64,000 nucleotides of DNA, from the NCBI GenBank assembly GCA_963794945.1, contig CAWCFT010000001.1, positions 352,001-416,000 of the forward strand, written 5' to 3'. Both the position numbers and the translations under genes were made by a program. This document shows, piece by piece, positions 61,028 through 64,000 of the stretch (position 1 is the first letter of the stretch; every line of letters begins with the position of its first letter). Below the pieces are notes generated by a model. That model was not told the origin of the DNA, ran no database searches, and worked only from the letters and a program-made list of their open reading frames with translations. The stretch comes from Endomicrobiales bacterium (GTDB taxonomy: Bacteria; Elusimicrobiota; Endomicrobiia; Endomicrobiales; CAWCFT01).

Positions 61028-62784
61028 AAAAGAATCAGTTTGTACTTTCAGCAATATTATTTATTTCTCTTGTCGCTGGTTATACCGGAATAAAGTGGGG
61101 CGTACCATCAAATATTAGAGCTGATATGGTTCTTCCGAAAGAGCTGAGGACCGAAGAATTTTATAAAACAATGGCGGACACGAGAAGCGACATATATAAA
61201 GCCACCGGGGGAAATCCGCTTGGCCGTCTTCAGGAAGACCCGGGCCAGACACCGATCCTCAAGACCATGAACGTCCCTTCGACAGGCAACGTAGTGCTTG
61301 AACAGAACGACCGCGTCTTTGCGAACCTGATAAGGCCGTACCTGTTGAGGACTAACCATCCCGACGAACAAATGGCAGTCAATATGCTTTCACTAATGAA
61401 ACCCTCCAAACTCGATTTTAACCCTAGGCTTTTCCAGTACGGTGGCGTTTATATATATCCGATGGGCGCGTATCTTGAAGCCCTTAAAATACTAAACATC
61501 ATCCATGTCAGCGGCAATATCGACTACTATATGAAGAACCCTAGTGAGATGGGGAATATATTTTATTACGGAAGACTCGTCAACATAGTCTTCCTGCTTA
61601 TTACCGTGATCTTTGTTTATCTTACTTCAAATGAGCTCTATGGCGGCGCTACAGCTCTACTGTCCGCTCTCCTAGTATCAGTGGCGCCCGCGTTGATATT
61701 CCAAACACACATAATGAAACCATATATATTGTCTAACATGTTCACAAGCATGTGCCTGTATTTTTCCGCAAAAATGTTTAAACACCCAGACAATACAAAG
61801 AACGCGGCGCTTTCCGGGATAACCATGGGCCTCGTTTCCGGAAGCATGCTGGTATATTCTACCATGATAACGATCCCCTTGCTCGCGTGCGTATTCTCGA
61901 AAAAGAACATAATAAAGAACATGATTTTGATACTTCTGTTATCGGCCGCTGTGTTCGCCGTAACAAATCCCTACGCTTTCATTGACAGTACAGCCTTTCT
62001 TCGCGAGATGACCGCTTCGAAAGGTGTTTACGTTGCCGGAATGAACTCCGGCTGGTTGCGTTTCTTCTCGGGACAGCTACCGTATTACTATAACCATATA
62101 TTTATTGTTGCCGCTTTTTTGTCAACCGCATTTGTAATGCGAACCCGAAAAAAAGAAGACTTATTTCTGGTCTTCACCGCGTTGCTGCACCTTCTATTGA
62201 TGTCATACTTGCTTAGGAACCAAAAACCTTCCATGCATTTCACAAGATTTCTTCTGCCGTCCATAACCTTATTCTCCATACTTGTGGCATCAGTTTTCCA
62301 CAGGCTCAGAGGTGTGTCATCTCTCAAATATTCGTTTACAACCGCTTTCGTAATATTGACTTCGTCCATGTGCCTTCAGAGCGCGGTTGTCGTGCGCAAT
62401 TTTTACGTAGATTCCACGCCGAACTCGACAAGGCTATCAGCCGGCAGGTGGATAACCGAGAACGTACCTCAAAATACATTGATAGGTATCATTGGCTTGC
62501 CGGAACCAAGCACGCTCCCGCCGATATCGTATTCGAGGTACAAGCTGATGCTTATCCGCGACCTCAAGGTTCCGGCAAATACTCTGCCAAACTACCTGAT
62601 CATAAACACCGAGCTTGCAGGTGAATACGAGCACGACGCGAAAGTTAATTTTAAATTGTTGAAAGAGTTCAAGCCAGCGGAGTCGTTCGCCGGATTGTCT
62701 TTCGAACTGCTATCGAGTCATGTAAACACGAAGATATCCATCTACGGCAAGAACAGGGAAGGATCTTTCCTGAGACAGCCTTGA
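61024..62784 (+). CDS. ArnT/PMT-like (GT39/GT83-type) GT-C membrane glycosyltransferase
   Basis: HPDE motif, FNPRLFQYG, multi-TM, TNPYAFID, RFLLP, periplasmic C-terminal domain. Confidence 0.72.
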   Translation: MKKNQFVLSAILFISLVAGYTGIKWGVPSNIRADMVLPKELRTEEFYKTMADTRSDIYKATGGNPLGRLQEDPGQTPILKTMNVPSTGNVVLEQNDRVFANLIRPYLLRTNHPDEQMAVNMLSLMKPSKLDFNPRLFQYGGVYIYPMGAYLEALKILNIIHVSGNIDYYMKNPSEMGNIFYYGRLVNIVFLLITVIFVYLTSNELYGGATALLSALLVSVAPALIFQTHIMKPYILSNMFTSMCLYFSAKMFKHPDNTKNAALSGITMGLVSGSMLVYSTMITIPLLACVFSKKNIIKNMILILLLSAAVFAVTNPYAFIDSTAFLREMTASKGVYVAGMNSGWLRFFSGQLPYYYNHIFIVAAFLSTAFVMRTRKKEDLFLVFTALLHLLLMSYLLRNQKPSMHFTRFLLPSITLFSILVASVFHRLRGVSSLKYSFTTAFVILTSSMCLQSAVVVRNFYVDSTPNSTRLSAGRWITENVPQNTLIGIIGLPEPSTLPPISYSRYKLMLIRDLKVPANTLPNYLIINTELAGEYEHDAKVNFKLLKEFKPAESFAGLSFELLSSHVNTKISIYGKNREGSFLRQP

Positions 62785-62809
62785 TTAGGCTTTAAATTAA
62801 TACTATACT
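62781..62809 (+). promoter_or_regulatory. putative sigma70 promoter
   Basis: TTGATT, 17 nt, TATACT. Confidence 0.5.
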
Positions 62810-62830
62810 CAACAAGGTACAAACAACATC

Positions 62831-64000
62831 ATGAACGTTCTATTAGTAAAGGTTCCGTCAATAAGCGATCACATACAACCCTCTTCCGGGCTCGGCTATC
62901 TTGCCACCGCGGTTAGCCCCGCGCACAACGTAGCGATACTTGATATGCCCAAAATGGGTTTGTCGGTTAGCGACTTTAGCGATGTCTTGACGAAACAAAG
63001 CTGGGATGTCATCGGCTTCCAACTCTACACTATAGAACTTGAGAACGTTAAGGCGCTATGCGCAATAACTAGAGCGGCGTCTTCCTTCTGTGGCGATACT
63101 TCTTGGAGGACCTCATGCCTCGGTCAACCCGAAAGACACGGCCGAATACTTCAAGGAATTCTCGGCCTATGTCTTTATAGGGGAATCAGAGAAGACTCTC
63201 CCGGTATTCCTTGGTAGGTTGGCTGACAAGAATACGTCTTTTTTTGATATACCAGGCCTTGCTTATTTCGATAAAGATAACCTTATTCTAAACAAGCCGG
63301 CCGCCTTTGTTGAAGACTTAGATTCACTCGGTATGCCCGCATGGGACCTTATTAAACCTAACGAGTATCCGCCTGCCCAGCACGGCGCCTTCTTTGTTAA
63401 TTACCCTATCGCGCCTATCATGACCACCAGGGGCTGCCCGTATATGTGCTCTTTCTGCTCGGCCCCTGTCTTAAGCGGGCACAAGGTCAGGAAGCGCAGC
63501 CCTGAAAGTATCGTGAACGAAATAACACTTCTCTACAGGGATTTCCACATAAGAGAGATACACATCATAGATGACAATTTTTCCTGCGATGTAAAACATG
63601 CTAAAGATACGCTAAAAAAGATATTAGAAACAGGACTAAAAATCAGTATCGCGTTCCCTAACGGACTGAGGATAGAGACGATAGACGAAGAGCTGCTTGA
63701 TCTTATGAAAAAATGCGGGGTTTACCTCATATCTTTGGGTATTGAATCCGGAAGTGACAGGGTGTTGAAACTCATTAACAAAAGCCTTTCTATCGGTAAA
63801 ATTAAATCACAGATCGCCATGATTGCTAAGTCAGGCATAGACATAGCCGGCTTTTTTGTCATGGGCTTTCCCGGGGAGACTAAAGAGGAAATTGAAAAGA
63901 CTATAAGGTTTTCTCTTGAGTTGCCCCTAATCCGCGCTAATTATTTCACGTTCCTTCCTCTTCCCGGGACCACTATGTACCGCGAGATGCAGGAATCAGG
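62831..64000 (+). CDS. B12-binding radical SAM protein (3'-partial; apparent indels at ~63085 and ~63210)
   Basis: N-terminal PSSGLGYLA...GGPH...GESE, TRGCPYMCSFC (CxxxCxxC, ~63425-63458), IDDNF, GIESG, GFPGET. Confidence 0.88.

Noticed and set aside
59836..62787. 13-bp direct repeat ACAGCCTTGATTA at the ends of two genes, bracketing GT4 and the GT-C gene
   Set aside because: Tens of 13-bp matches are expected by chance within 64 kb, and there is no other sign of an insertion.

Overview
Chromosomal window from a diderm bacterium. Gene content and order suggest Elusimicrobiota (inference only). Almost all genes lie on the + strand. From left to right: a partial GAF-ANTAR regulator, lnt, prfB with its programmed +1 frameshift, a stand-alone receiver protein, lysS, lolE-lolD, ilvE, a GH5 hydrolase and clpC. 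Then an outer-membrane/lipid A block (tamB-like, bamA, skp, lpxD, lpxC-fabZ fusion, lpxA, lpxI, gnnB/gnnA-like, lpxB, msbA, a PorV-like barrel), a short RelA/SpoT homologue, rpmB and recG. A ~5.8 kb accessory island sits between recG and coaD, bracketed by inverted copies of a REP-like element. It encodes a lipocalin, a zeta-toxin-like P-loop protein with a small partner, an orphan 549-aa ParB-like protein, an AT-rich HNH-like protein, and an exported flavodoxin with a 4-His membrane protein. A type IV pilus cluster follows (a PilB-like protein with degenerate ATPase motifs, pilT, pilC, pilD, pilMNOPQ), then a large GT-C/glycosylation cluster ending in a B12 radical SAM gene. Many essential genes carry small indels, most likely long-read consensus errors rather than pseudogenes. 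The strongest novelty candidate is the orphan ParB-like gene: it carries a perfect 22-bp palindrome inside its coding sequence just after the HTH, a second palindrome upstream, and a long tail with a duplicated helical hairpin. No rRNA, tRNA, CRISPR array, transposase or integrase was recognised.
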